Below, in pieces: positions 1 through 16,203 of a stretch of DNA of 64,000 bases. The DNA lies in contig CM120648.1 of assembly GCA_051362555.1 (NCBI GenBank), positions 6,258,587 through 6,322,586 of the forward strand, given 5' to 3'. Each line of letters begins with the position of its first letter. The first letter of the stretch is position 1. Position numbers and translations under genes: made by a program. Origin of the DNA: Lingula anatina (lineage: Eukaryota > Animalia > Brachiopoda). The notes under the pieces were generated by a model. The model did not search any database. It was given only the letters and a program-made list of their open reading frames with translations, and was not told where the DNA came from.

Positions 1-414
1 CTGCCTGTATTGACTCATATATTTGTGTATTGATCTTCATTGCTTTCAGGTGTTCATCTATTCGAAATAGTTTATAATAAACAATGTATCTGCTCATGCA
101 GTTTGAGAATAGTTGTTATGACATTGGAAACCTTATCTCGTTCTCAGGTCATTTAGTACCAGTAATTTCAGCTTTTAACATTAGATTTTCTGTTTTGAGG
201 TTTGAAGATAATTGTTCATAATATTGATAATATGAAGTTGTTTATAGTATACTAGTACTTCATAATCTGTTAGTCAGCACACAGCTTTTCATCACGGTTT
301 TTACTTCAGATATAATTTTTACTTAAAGTGTCAATTAACAGTGCATAAAAGAAAATATCTGCAAAATACATTTATATCAGTACACTATTTTGCCTTATAT
401 CCATTCACAATCAG

Positions 415-2439
415 GTATTGGTTCGATCCCTGACGCGGTCCTGGCGGCACTGTGGAGTCACCGAGATCTTGGAATCCACACGGAGATGTTCAGCGATGGT
501 GTCGTAGATCTCGTAGAAGCTGGCGCCATCACAAATGCCAGGAAGACAATCCATCCTGGAAAAATTGTCGGGGGTTTTGCAGTTGGTACACAGCGTCTGT
601 ATGACTTCATGGATAATAATCCTTTTATAGGTGAGCCTGAGAGAAAATAGGCTAGAAAGAGACTGGCTTTTTTTTTAGAATGTGATTGGATATTTTTTAT
701 CTGAACCTATTTTTGTTAATGAGTAAGACAATCTTTTGATTATTTCAAATGAAAAAGGAAAAGAAGATATGTTTTGTCAAATTTTAGTCATTAGAATAAT
801 GTATGTTGACCTTGAAAAAAAAAACATATAAATTTAATTAATTTTTTAAAAAATCTTTTTAAAATTTTAGTGATGTTGGACATTGCATTTGTAAACAACA
901 CCGCAATAATTAGCCAGAATCCCAAAGTGACGGCAATCAACTCGTGTATTGAGATTGACTTGACAGGACAGGTGTGTGCAGACTCCATCGGAACTAGAAT
1001 GTATTCAGGCAAGTTTTACACTGATATTTATTTTTGTGTGGCTCAGCATGATTTTATAAGTATAACCTAAGATTTGTTTGTTCATTTAACTTTGTATCTG
1101 TATTCACAGTAGAATTTTTGACTATCACAACATACGAAAACTGTTAAAACGTGCATATATTTGGTTGAATTCAATAGTTCTCCCCTTCAAAAAGCCAAAA
1201 TTTCAAAATTTATAAGGCATCAAGAACTTTTTATTAATATTTTGAGCTAGTCATAATGTAAGAGAGTATAGGACAGAATCATCTTGGCTTTTTTTTTAAT
1301 CAGTATTGATTTTCTCAGAAGCAATCATATTCACATTTCCCACAGACTTCTTGTTATTCCTGTTTGAACATAAATTCAATTTGCTGCTTTCATTAGAAAG
1401 ATGGTTGCTATGGCAATGAATGATAAGTTCACCTTTTGCTAAGTGTCAAATTTCCTAACAGTGATACTGATTATCACCAGTTCTTCTGTATTTTACTTAA
1501 AGCCAGGTGGAAGGTGTGTTAATATGACTGGTTGATTGCATTCAGCGAGAGTCCCCAGGGAGTTGGGTTGGGTTGATCCACGTAGACTGTTGGTGTCTAT
1601 GGGAATGGGGCCTAAGATTCAGAAAAAAAATTTATAATGTGACCTATTGACCTGTTTGACTATGCCGTAGGTGGTAAAAATATATGTATGAGTGATCGCT
1701 ACATTTTCAATAAGTGTTTTTCTATTGGTTTCTGAAGGTGTGGGTGGCCAGATAGACTTTTTGCGTGGAGCAGCTTTGAGTGTGGATGGTCTTGGGAAAC
1801 CCATCCTAGCACTGCCATCTGTGACCAAGAATGGGGAGAGTAAAATTGTACCCTATCTGAAGAAAGGTAAGGTGGTCAGTCATATTGTATTTTTAAATGG
1901 AGGTGGACTTTTTTTTAGCAAAACTTAATTCCCTTACGTCCCAAGAAATATTTACCCATGAATCAGAATGTCTACGGTTTGACAGGATCCAATGTTGCTT
2001 TTGCAAAATAATGTTTAATGCATTATAGAAAAATTGAACATTTTTTAAAAGTATGTACACAAGAAATGAAGTAATCTATGATATTCACTGTGTAATCAAA
2101 GAAATTCAACAAAATGATAAAAAGAAAAAAAGCACCTTGTCTGAGTAAATACAAAATCTGGTTTATATTTTGAAGACAGGATACAGTGCCTTTTAAAACT
2201 GGAGGGATAGTTAAATGAAAAATTATTAAATTTTTAAATTTTTTTTGTCTTCAGGTGCTGGTGTTGTGACAAGCAGAGCTCATGCACATTTCATTGTGAC
2301 AGAATACGGCATTGCATCTTTGTTTGGCAAGAATCTCAGACAGAGAGCTTACGAATTAATCAAAATTGCTCACCCTGATCATAGAGAAAATTTGGAGAAA
2401 GAATCATTTGAAAGGCTAAAATGCATGCCATCACCTTAG
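415..2439 (+). CDS. Acetyl-CoA hydrolase / 4-hydroxybutyrate CoA-transferase (acetate:succinate CoA-transferase-like), last four exons; 5' part lies outside the window
   Basis: Exons 415-630, 871-1008, 1738-1866, 2255-2439 join in frame. Family motifs GIGSIPDAV, LGIHTEMFSDG, AINSCIEIDLTGQVCADSIG, YSGVGGQIDFLRGA, GAGVVTSRAHAHFIVTEYG, IAHPDHRE. Intron 1009-1737 is GC-AG. Confidence 0.93.
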
Positions 2440-2811
2440 AGAGTATTTATTTGCAGTAGGCATATGCCATGTATTTAATAGCAAAATTACGCCTCTTTTT
2501 AAAACTATTCACTTTAAAAAGTGGAAAACAAAATAGTTGTGTAAGAATTAACTTTTTTCTGCATTTCCAATATTTGAAAAGGTAAGGTTGAAAAGGGATC
2601 TCAAAGATCAAGACTTCTTTGCATGTTTTTCTCTCTTTTTAATACAAAAATATCCTGCTGTTGTAACACATACACGACAACAATGGGGAAAAAGTAGTAT
2701 AATTTTATGAAAGTCCCATTTCCTTTTGATCGAATCAAAAAATAACTCTAATTACTAGTAAAGGTGTATGCATATATGTCATTGTTTTCACTTATTGTTA
2801 TAGATAAGTTA

Positions 2812-3026
2812 CCCCCCATTTCCATAGATTAGATCGACCTACTTTAGATCGACCTAACTCCCTGGGGGTTCACGCTAAATAGCTGTCAGCCGGGCGGACA
2901 CGAAAGTTAATTACCCCCTTAAAGCTTGTAGTAGGCGGGACGGACATTTAAGTCGGATTATCTGAAAGTAATCTAGTGAGACTCCCCGCGGGGATAGATC
3001 GATCTAAAATCTAAGGGAATAGAGCC
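2812..3026 (-). mobile_element. MITE family A (PIF/Harbinger-like), 215 bp
   Basis: Near-identical in reverse orientation to 50301-50516 and 57920-58134. TTA on both flanks, imperfect TIRs, subterminal AGATCGATCTA motif. Confidence 0.85.
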
Positions 3027-3216
3027 TTACTATATGATGCGACCTGGCATTACGTACTAATACTAATGATATTAACACAAATAAGCACAGGGTTAATTTT
3101 TGGAAGTAGATGTTGTATCACAAGTGCAGTTTTTCCCTTACGTTATGTTGCGTGGCATTTCAAATTGTTGATTCGTTTGAACTGTACAAAGCACCTGGTG
3201 GTCGCTAACTGGCAAC

Positions 3217-3235
3217 TGCTGCCACCTGGTGGCCA
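3217..3235 (-). promoter_or_regulatory. CTCF-like motif between convergent genes
   Basis: Reverse complement TGGCCACCAGGTGGCAGCA matches the CTCF core CCASYAGRKGGCRS. Confidence 0.5.
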
Positions 3236-3879
3236 GATCATGGGGCGACTTGTAGTTTATTAACAGTATTGATATTTCAGTGTTACATTATAATATAGTA
3301 GTAATTTTCAGCTGAAAACGGTGAAGTTTAAGTGATCAAATCAAAATGTGAAAGCAAATCCTCTCAATCAGATCACATGAGAGGCTTACAGGTTCAGAAA
3401 AGTCAATTGAAATCGCCATTGCCACATAAAAAATATACATTAATTTGATATTTTGTCAGTTCAAAGCCAGTAGTTTCTAGAAATTTGAAAGTACTTTATT
3501 AATGCTCATCTTTCAAACTATTTATAGCTCAAATTTAATATGTGTTTACAATAATAAAAAAAAAAACCCTACAGGAGATTTAGTTTAGAATACATAGACC
3601 ATAATTTAGAGTTAATTTGAAAGTGCTTGACACTTACAGCACCAGAGCATAAACCCATTTTAGTTTTGTGAATTGTTGTAAAAAGTTCAGTTCGAGTGAA
3701 TGGTGCTTAACACTTGGACTATGCGGATACCCCTGGTACATAGCTTACCCATTGCAAGTAGTCCTTTGTACGTGTATATGTGTGTATTATAATTTTGTAT
3801 TTTTAATTAAGCTTTAGTTGTAAAGTAGGGAATACCTAAGGACTGGTGGGCCCAGTATTATTAAATTTGGAGAAAGGGG

Positions 3880-3882
<3 letters not shown>

Positions 3883-3938
<56 letters not shown>
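3883..3938. repeat. (TA)n microsatellite
   Basis: Direct read. Confidence 0.95.
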
Positions 3939-4560
3939 GGAGGATGCCCCACCCCTTGGGCCCATCCTAGCCTTTATATGTGTATATATAAAGTAACGCC
4001 TCTTAAAAACTGTTTAAAATAGTTAATGGCTCTGCCGTGACGTTGTTTTATTACTACTGTGGTAATACAAATGTTGTGATCCTTCACAAGGAAAAAAGTC
4101 GAAATATAAGTTAAGTTCCTGGGAAAGAGGAACCAAATCATGAACAGTGTATTACAAGGATGCGAAAAGTGTTGAGAGATTTTATTTCATACAGGATTAG
4201 ATGAATGAAACTTCTGACAGGTCTGCATTTATAAAAGGCTAATGTAATCCTATGTCTGCACAGATACAGGAAAGTATGGTGCGTTTTGTCTCAATACCAT
4301 AAATATATGATTGTGTTATTGCAGATGGCTTATTGCTAAATACTAGTTTTGTTACAATTTATTGTTAAGTATGAAATAAATATCATGATTAAAATGGTAT
4401 TTTTATATATATTTATTAATTATATTTGTATGTCACTGTCAGTGTCGTCCAAAACAAAATTTTAAATTCGTACTAGTATTCAGTTGGTTAGGGAAACAGA
4501 AAACTGATATAATAGTATATCCGTATGGCAATCAGTTACCAATAATTAACATATTCATAA

Positions 4561-8524
<3,964 letters not shown>

Positions 8525-8843
8525 TCAGTATAGGTAACACTGGATATATTAAATTGCAATCAACTCCACATTCCGCCAAAGAAGAGAGAGTCCACACATG
8601 GACCACCGAAAGTGGGTACTTGATGATGTAAAATTGGATCTGCTTAGTTCTTGAACTTAGGTCCTGCGCCACGAAAATTTCTTATTTAACAACACACATT
8701 TTTTCTAAGAAATTGGAATGAAACATTACAAAATTATATTTCCTGTGTATAATGATTATGGGTGAAAAATTGGACCCTAGCTGAGACAGTAAATGCTAAT
8801 TACAAGCGGGATGCAGAAATTACGAACTAGTCAGGGTTGTAAT
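8525..8843. promoter_or_regulatory. Putative bidirectional promoter shared by NSUN5 and allantoinase
   Basis: The two start codons diverge only ~320 bp apart (8524 minus, 8844 plus). CpGs are locally retained. Confidence 0.7.
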
Positions 8844-11800
8844 ATGGCCGATCTCAAAGACAAGAAACTTGTGAAGGGTCGGCGTATTGTATTTGAGGAT
8901 GGCGTGGTTTCGGAGGGGTGCATCGTGATCAGAGAAGGCAAAATAGAAGCAGTACATCGTGGTGAAAATGCACCAATAAACGAGGAAGAATTTCAAGAGG
9001 TTTGTGGAGCAATGTTGTATACAATATGCCACGCCCACCCCCTCACTATATAACTCTTTGGTTTTTAACATCTCTTAAATGAATTTGTGTAGATTCTTAC
9101 TGTTTCTCATTAATTATCTCTGCCCTATGTCCAGGTAATAGATTCAGGTTATAGATGCAGTCAGTCTGGTCATTATGCCATTGATGTTAATGGACAGACA
9201 TGTCCATCTCAATATTTCTCAATATATATATTATCTCTTTCCTGTGGCCAGGTGATAGATGCAGGCAATCAGGTCGTCATGCCAGGGATAGTGGACAGTC
9301 ACGTCCATGTCAACGAGCCAGGGAGGACGGCCTGGGAGGGCTACGAGACTGCCACCAAGGCTGCTGCCATGGGAGGAATCACGACTATTGTTGACATGCC
9401 ATTGTGAGTCTCAGTGCCTGGTATTTGTTATAGATCTATGCTACATTGTGAGTGCCTGCTATTTGTTATATGTTCCACATTGTATGATATGAAATGTTAT
9501 GTTATATTGTATTATATTATGTTATTACTTGATAAATGATTTTATTTCGTGTCATGTCATGTGGTTATTTTAAATTCTTCCAAATAAGTTAAATTTCATG
9601 TACAGTACAGTAGGATATGCACAGCTGTATCTCTGATATTGGGTATATATGGTCCTCTGAGAATAATTTATTTGATAGATTACAATTTGTGTTCTCCGCT
9701 AAACTTCATATGTAAAAATATTATCTTAGAAAATTTAAAAAAAAGAAAAGGTACCCTGCCCTGCTACTGAGTTTGACATGGGGCCTCCTTCAAACCCCTC
9801 TTCCCCATATTGGAAATTATTTTAAAAGCAATTCCACATTTTACTCTTTGATACCATGCACCCTTTCAGGAACAGTATTCCACCCACTACTACTCTGGAC
9901 GCCTTCAAGATCAAAATGGAGCATGCTCAGCCACAGTGCTATGTGGACGTGGCTTTCTGGGGAGGGGTGGTGCCAGGGAACGAGGTGGGTGGCAGCAGTG
10001 CTATGTGGGCGTGGCTTTCTGGGGAAGGGTGGTGCCTTGAACGAGGTGGGTGGCAGCAGTGCTATGTGGGCGTGGCTTTCTGGGGAGGTGTGGTGCCTTG
10101 AACGAGGTGGGTGGCAACAGTGCTATGTGGGCGTGGCTTTCTGGGTAAGGGTGGTGCCTTGAACGAGGTGGGTGGCAACAGTGCTATGTGGGCGTGGCTT
10201 TCTGGGGAGGGGTGGTGCCAGGGAACGAGGTGGGTGGCAGCAGTGCTATGTGGGCGTGGCTTTCTGGGGAGGGGTGGTGCCTTGAACGAGGTGGGTGGCA
10301 ACAGTGCTATGTGGGCGTGGCTTTCTGGGGAAGGGTGGTGCCTTGAACGAGGTGGGTGGCAACAGTGCTATGTGGGCGTGGCTTTCTGGGGAGTGGTGGT
10401 GCCTTGAACGAGGTGGGTGGCAACAGTGCTATGTGGGCGTGGCTTTCTGGGGAGGGGTGGTGCCAGGGAATGCGGTGAGTGGACATCTTTATCTCACCAT
10501 CGTCACCAGTTGATCCAGTTCCATTTTTCCTAAGGGGGAAGGAGGTTGAAGGAACAGCTATAAAGCTGGTTATTTGTCTCTGTTGAACATATTTTGGATG
10601 TACTATTTTTTTATCTTAAAAAGCAAAATTGCATGTTTTCTGATGAGCCAAATAACATTTTACCTTTTGATTAATGACAAATTTGCCTGTGATAGAAATG
10701 TATCATTTTATCCAAGCAAAAACTGGATTTAACTTCAAGAAGATCTCAAACTAACGAAATGATTTATAAAGTACATGTTCATTTGGTACTGGTGAAGTTC
10801 ACGCCTCTGGGTACTTACAGGTAGACAACTACCTGAAAATATCCAGCTAAATAATGTAAAAGAAATTAATACTAGTAAATGTATGTGCTAGTGTACATGT
10901 TCTTATTTCTTCTCCAGATTATACAAGTTGCTCATGACAAACATTTTGATATTTTTCAAACTTTCTCACCAGATGGAGCTACGTCCTATGATCAATGCTG
11001 GCATTGCAGGGTTTAAATGTTTCCTTATTCACAGCGGGGTGGACGAATTCCCTCACGTGACAACTGAAGATCTTCACGCAGCCATGAAACAGTTACAGGG
11101 AACAGACAGTGTACTTCTGGTGAGGACACCCTGGGTATCACAAGCCACTGGAAACTCATCTCTATAACATGCACAGGTACATATCTGAGCATGTTTCTGC
11201 TAATCATACATATAGAGGTTAGTTTTCAGTGACCTCTGAAACTCGGGGTAATTTTGGAGGATTAATTATAATAATAATAATAATTTTGATAAAAATAATA
11301 TTGATAATTATAGCAGTAGTAATACTTATGTCTAAATATAGACTTATCATCAAGGCATTTATCTTGACATTGTAACTGCATGAGCAAAGTAGTGCATACA
11401 CTGTTTTTTCTGATGCCTGTGTGCACATTATAATGTATTTTAATATATGATAGACTGCTTTTTTATCTCATACATGTTTAGTTTCATGCGGAAGTGGAGA
11501 CATCTGACATTCCAGATTCATTAGGTATATAAAAATACTATTTATAAAGAGGTTGTGAAGATTGTGTAAGTTTTGCCTAGATTTTTGTTAGTTGTGCCTC
11601 ACTGTTAGTGCATGTGCAGGTGTGATGTGCATTTAATGATATTTTCCCCCTTCACTGATCATAAACAATTTACAATTATATTTTGTGTACATTTTTGGTA
11701 ACATTCAACTGTTGAAGCAACTGTGTACCTGATAGAATATTATTTAATTTTTTGTTTAGTATTGCATCTTTTTATTTTGTAAATTTTATAGAGATATCTG

Positions 11801-11989
11801 CATAATTTGAAGCTGTTTTGTAGTTTGTCAATCAAAAAAGAAATGTAGCAATTTTCCCGACAAACATGTTCTTGGGTTGTGTTTCAGGATCACCTGAAGA
11901 GTATTCCAGTTTCCTAGCGTCACGACCGCCAAGTATGGAGTATGAGGCCATCAAACTGGTCTGCAATATGTGCAAAACCTATAGGTTGT

Positions 11990-12052
<63 letters not shown>

Positions 12053-13842
12053 TTTTTGTTTATTTGTTTACTTGTAAGTAATGTTTTTATAATTTCTTGT
12101 AGTTTATTAAAGTCTTCCATACATTTTAACATAAACCATAGCACACTGTAGGACATTTTCAATTTTATGCATTAATGCCACCATTCTCCTTCACAACATT
12201 TCTAGATTAAGATTTTATAAACATTTTAAAGAAATAATCCACTTGTCAAGTAAAAATGCAGTGTATTGTTTGCTGTAGGGTTCCATGTCACATTGTCCAC
12301 CTGTCTGCGGCTGCAGCACTTCCTCTGATACAAGAGGCGAGAGGAGCAGGTGCCCCCCTCACAGTAGAGACCTGTCACCATTACCTGAACCTAGAGGCCG
12401 CCACTGTGCCCGGGAAAGCCACTCAGTACAAGTGTTGTCCTCCCATCAGGGATGCCAGAAACCAGGCTAGTCTAGTGTTCAGAAATGACATTGTTCTAGA
12501 TGATTTCCTCATTAGATTTTACCGTAAATTATGAAAGGGGTTGCTACTTACCGTGGATGACTGTACTTCTAAATATACATGTAGCAGGTACAGTTATTGG
12601 ATTTAAAAATTACCCCTTTTAGATTTTCAAATTGTTACAGTTGTTTTCAAAAAATTTTATTAACTTTTCACATAAAAATATACAATGCCTACTTCAATTC
12701 CAAGAATGTCTGTAAGCATACATGTTCCCTACAATGATTATGTATCATGGATCCAATTTTATGTTGAAATTCGAGAAATAATCTCCAGTAGAACCTGTTA
12801 GTTTGAAACATTACTTATTTAAGTGGCAGGACTACTTTTAGGTAATTTTTGGTGATTCTGATAAATTAATCTCTCACAATATCATTATATAAAAAGCTCC
12901 TTTTGCTGTGTTCTTTAATTTGGTCTATATCTTATACTTGTGTATCAGGAGATTCTGTGGCAGGCCCTGGGTAATGGAGACATAGACATGGTAGTATCTG
13001 ACCACTCACCCTGTACTCCAGAACTCAAGCTGTTGGAGAAAGGAGACTTCTTGGCTGCCTGGGGAGGGATAGCATCTGTCCAGTTTGGTGAGTATTGTGC
13101 CCAGTTCGGTAATCAAGGCCCTTTTCAAATCTTGCATTGTAGTTTATTGTGCCGTTTTAGTTGGGTGAGTAACTGTGTTGAGTTTGGTGAATATGTAAGG
13201 CCCATTTCACATAAAGTGTAGTTTTTTGTGTTGCTTCAGTTTAAGAGATTGACAACTTAATAGCCTGACTGTCACCTAAACAGAGCACCTGCACTCAGCA
13301 CAGCCAGTTAACTGGATAAATTTGGAATGGTAAACTGGGTGCTGATTTGAAAAAGATTGTCTTTAGCTCCCCCCCCCCCCCCCCATCTTTAAGAACTAGT
13401 CAGAAAGATAAAGAAAACTAAAACCTGATGTTCTTGAAATGGCACTTTGTAAAACCACTGATAGAGCAGATAAAATTGTAATTGTACAAGATTTTAGTAT
13501 TTCCATACAAAGTTAGATTTTTTTCACCTGTAAAGCTTTGAAATGCAACTTTCACCTCGCAGGTTTGTCACTGTTTTGGACTGGCGGTTCCAAGCGTGGC
13601 TTCACTCTGCAGGACATGGTGAGGTTGATGTGTGAGAACACTTCCAAGCTGGCTGGTCTGGGGGACAGAAAAGGAAAGATTAGGGCAGGCTGTGACGCTG
13701 ATTTGGTCATATGGGACCCTGAGGCCATGTGGAAGGTGGGTCGTGCTTGAGACTGGGTGAATGAGTGTGCACACTTTCGTGGTAAGATGCACATTCCTAC
13801 TTGCCTGTATATACTAGTACACACACACGCCTGCACACATGC

Positions 13843-13885
<43 letters not shown>

Positions 13886-14726
13886 TCGATTGTAGCACAC
13901 AAACATACGCAAATCTTTAAATATATTGTGAAAAAGCAGCTACAAGCAAGTTTCATTGTTACTTAGGATTTCACTGAAAATGTTTTTTTTTTTTTCTCTT
14001 GTTTTTATCTTTGGTGTAGTCATTAAACTGTACATGTAGTTTTGATCTTCTTGAATCTTCTTCTTCTTCTTCCCACTCTGACTCTTTGCAAATGTGCTAT
14101 TTCTGCTGTAGGTTCCAAAAGATGTTGACATATGCTTTTTTTATTTAGTAATGTGTGTTGTTATGTTTGTAAAATTTCAGGTGGCAGTGCCCTCCATACA
14201 GCATAAAAATAAGGTGAGGATAAACATGTACCTTGAGTGGAAAAAAAACTTGAATTTTGTCTGCCTTACTATTGTGTTGTCATTGAACATTGCCCATTGT
14301 TCATATACCAGTAAAAGTGTTTTACTCTTAGGCTAGCAGAAATTTCAACTCCGCGTGAATTTTGTGAATTAACCGACCATTTTGCTTATTGTAATTTAAT
14401 TGTTTCTCCCCTTAGATTAACATCTAATTTTTTAAAACTTATACACAGTATTTTATTTAATTTTAAACTTCATTTCCAGTCAGCTGTTTCAATGTAACTA
14501 AAGTAAATAATAAACTAGAAAGGAGATAGTTTATAAATGATTTCGTGTTTCATTCATATGACTTTAATGTACTCTTTATTTTACATAGATAACCCCATAT
14601 TTGGACATGGCACTGAAGGGTAAGGTACTAAAAACCATTCTGCGAGGACAAGTTGTTTATTCTGACACTGAAGGCATCGCACAGCAGCCAATGGGACAGC
14701 TCCTTTTAAAAACCGGTGGGAAATGA
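8844..14726 (+). CDS. Allantoinase (amidohydrolase superfamily, purine catabolism), 11 exons, 459 aa
   Basis: Exons 8844-8999, 9252-9403, 9870-9984, 10973-11119, 11482-11524, 11888-11984, 12279-12465, 12949-13087, 13563-13735, 14181-14213, 14589-14726 total 1380 nt. Motifs [96 protein letters not shown]. An in-frame upstream ATG at 8793 is an alternative start. Confidence 0.95.
9110..9212 (+). repeat. Degenerate duplicate of the allantoinase exon-2 acceptor and 5' exon sequence (pseudo-exon)
   Basis: caggttatagatgcagtcagtctggtcattatgcca...ggacagacatgtccatctcaa aligns with the true junction caggtgatagatgcaggcaatcaggtcgtcatgcca...ggacagtcacgtccatgtcaa (9249-9313). Confidence 0.8.
9934..10482 (+). 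repeat. G-rich minisatellite, 9 copies of a 61-62 bp unit made of the 3' end of allantoinase exon 3 plus its 5' splice site
   Basis: Units begin (cagtgctatgtgg) at 9934, 9996, 10057, 10118, 10179, 10241, 10302, 10363, 10424. Confidence 0.95.
11989..12057. repeat. (TTTA)n microsatellite at the start of allantoinase intron 6
   Basis: Direct read. Confidence 0.95.
13820..13882. repeat. (CA)n microsatellite
   Basis: Direct read. Confidence 0.95.
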
Positions 14727-16053
14727 CACAGCAAGGTTGTAAAAAGGCTCATTATAGGTCATTTTATTAAGTGTAATTATGGCAAGAAACTGGAAAGGAC
14801 CCTTTACTAAGTAAATTTATCAATTTAATGCCTGCATTTTGAAAAATAAAAAGGTCAGTAAATGTTATAATGAAACCGTGGAAATAGCATTTTTGTGCCT
14901 TTTCACAGTAACTGCCCTCATGAAGTTCTACATTTAAATATATTTTGATATACTATAATATTATAACTATGCAAGCTAGTGATAATGATTTGTTTATCAA
15001 CCAGCCAGGGATTAGAATTTTTATCATAATTTTAAATATTATACTTTCTGTACATCAGAAAGTACAATGCATAGTTGAAAACATATCATAAGATACAGTA
15101 TTAGTTTATTTGTCAGTAATACAATATTCTTTGGTTTGGTTTTACTTATATACATGCATATATCTAGTTATAACAAAAAACTTAGGAGTGGTGTTGCTTG
15201 TTTTGAATATGTAATCATACATGCTGTGCTCGTATGTTGTTGACAACAGCTGTGAAACAGCAAACAAACTGATTGAATAATGCAATTACTATTTTATTTG
15301 AAAAAATAAAAAAAGAACAACTGTACTATTATTTGAAAGATTTGCGATTTGTAAAATAATTATTTATTAAGTAATTTAGTTGGTTTATTGAGCAAAGAAA
15401 AACAAGAACGGGTTGGTGTAGTTTTGTAATTTCACTGGACAAATCTGTTTTTTCTTCTTTGGTAACATCTTTCATAGGAAATCGTGTCCGCACGCAAACG
15501 TCGAAGAATCAAATTTTCCACTGGTGAACTGCATGTTTCTGGCCTCCTATTTCATTCATCAAATTACCTTGAAACAAAAGGTACACAAACAGCGTGACAA
15601 ATTCGCCTGTGTCGATACCGATTCCTGGAAAAGGTTGTTGTGGTATTGATTTTTATAATTGCTTCTGTTTATGTGAGACACCGTTAAATGTAACATGAGG
15701 CATCAGTGGCGCATGACGCCAGCCAGTTCGCTGTTGACCGTTAACCGTTGTGTCTTCTTCCCGTTTTTAGACGCTGTATTAGCAACCTGTTTTAACAGGT
15801 ACTTTGCTGTGTCAAAACAAGGCCGTAGATTTTATCTACCTTGGTCAATTAAAGTGAGCTTTGTAATTGTTATTTAATGGTGCGTTCTTTGCACGACAGC
15901 TGCAAATTAAAATGTTTTTAAACATTTTAAAATTAAAATTATCTTTATCATATGATTAAGAATTACGTAGTTGCATGCACCAGAGATTCGAGACAATTTA
16001 GCCTAACTGGCGTTTAACGTGAACTTCAATTCGAATTTAATACCAAAAATTGT

Positions 16054-16203
16054 GGGCCCGGTATCTCGGAAGCTTCGCTATGTTGCGACCGTGCGCAAGC
16101 GTCTCGATTCCATAACTCGCCCATACTCGTCCCATATAATACATTGTAGCCTGTATTTGATATAGCGATTCCCAATACGCGATGCTTTCGAGATGCGGGG
16201 CCC
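16054..16203. mobile_element. MITE with GGGCCC-starting TIRs
   Basis: gggcccggtatctcggaagcttcgc / gcgatgctttcgagatgcggggccc imperfect inverted repeat. Confidence 0.6.

Noticed and set aside
9773-10513. Repetitive Gly/Trp-rich ORFs as a separate protein
   Set aside because: They are translations of the allantoinase exon-3 minisatellite in different frames.
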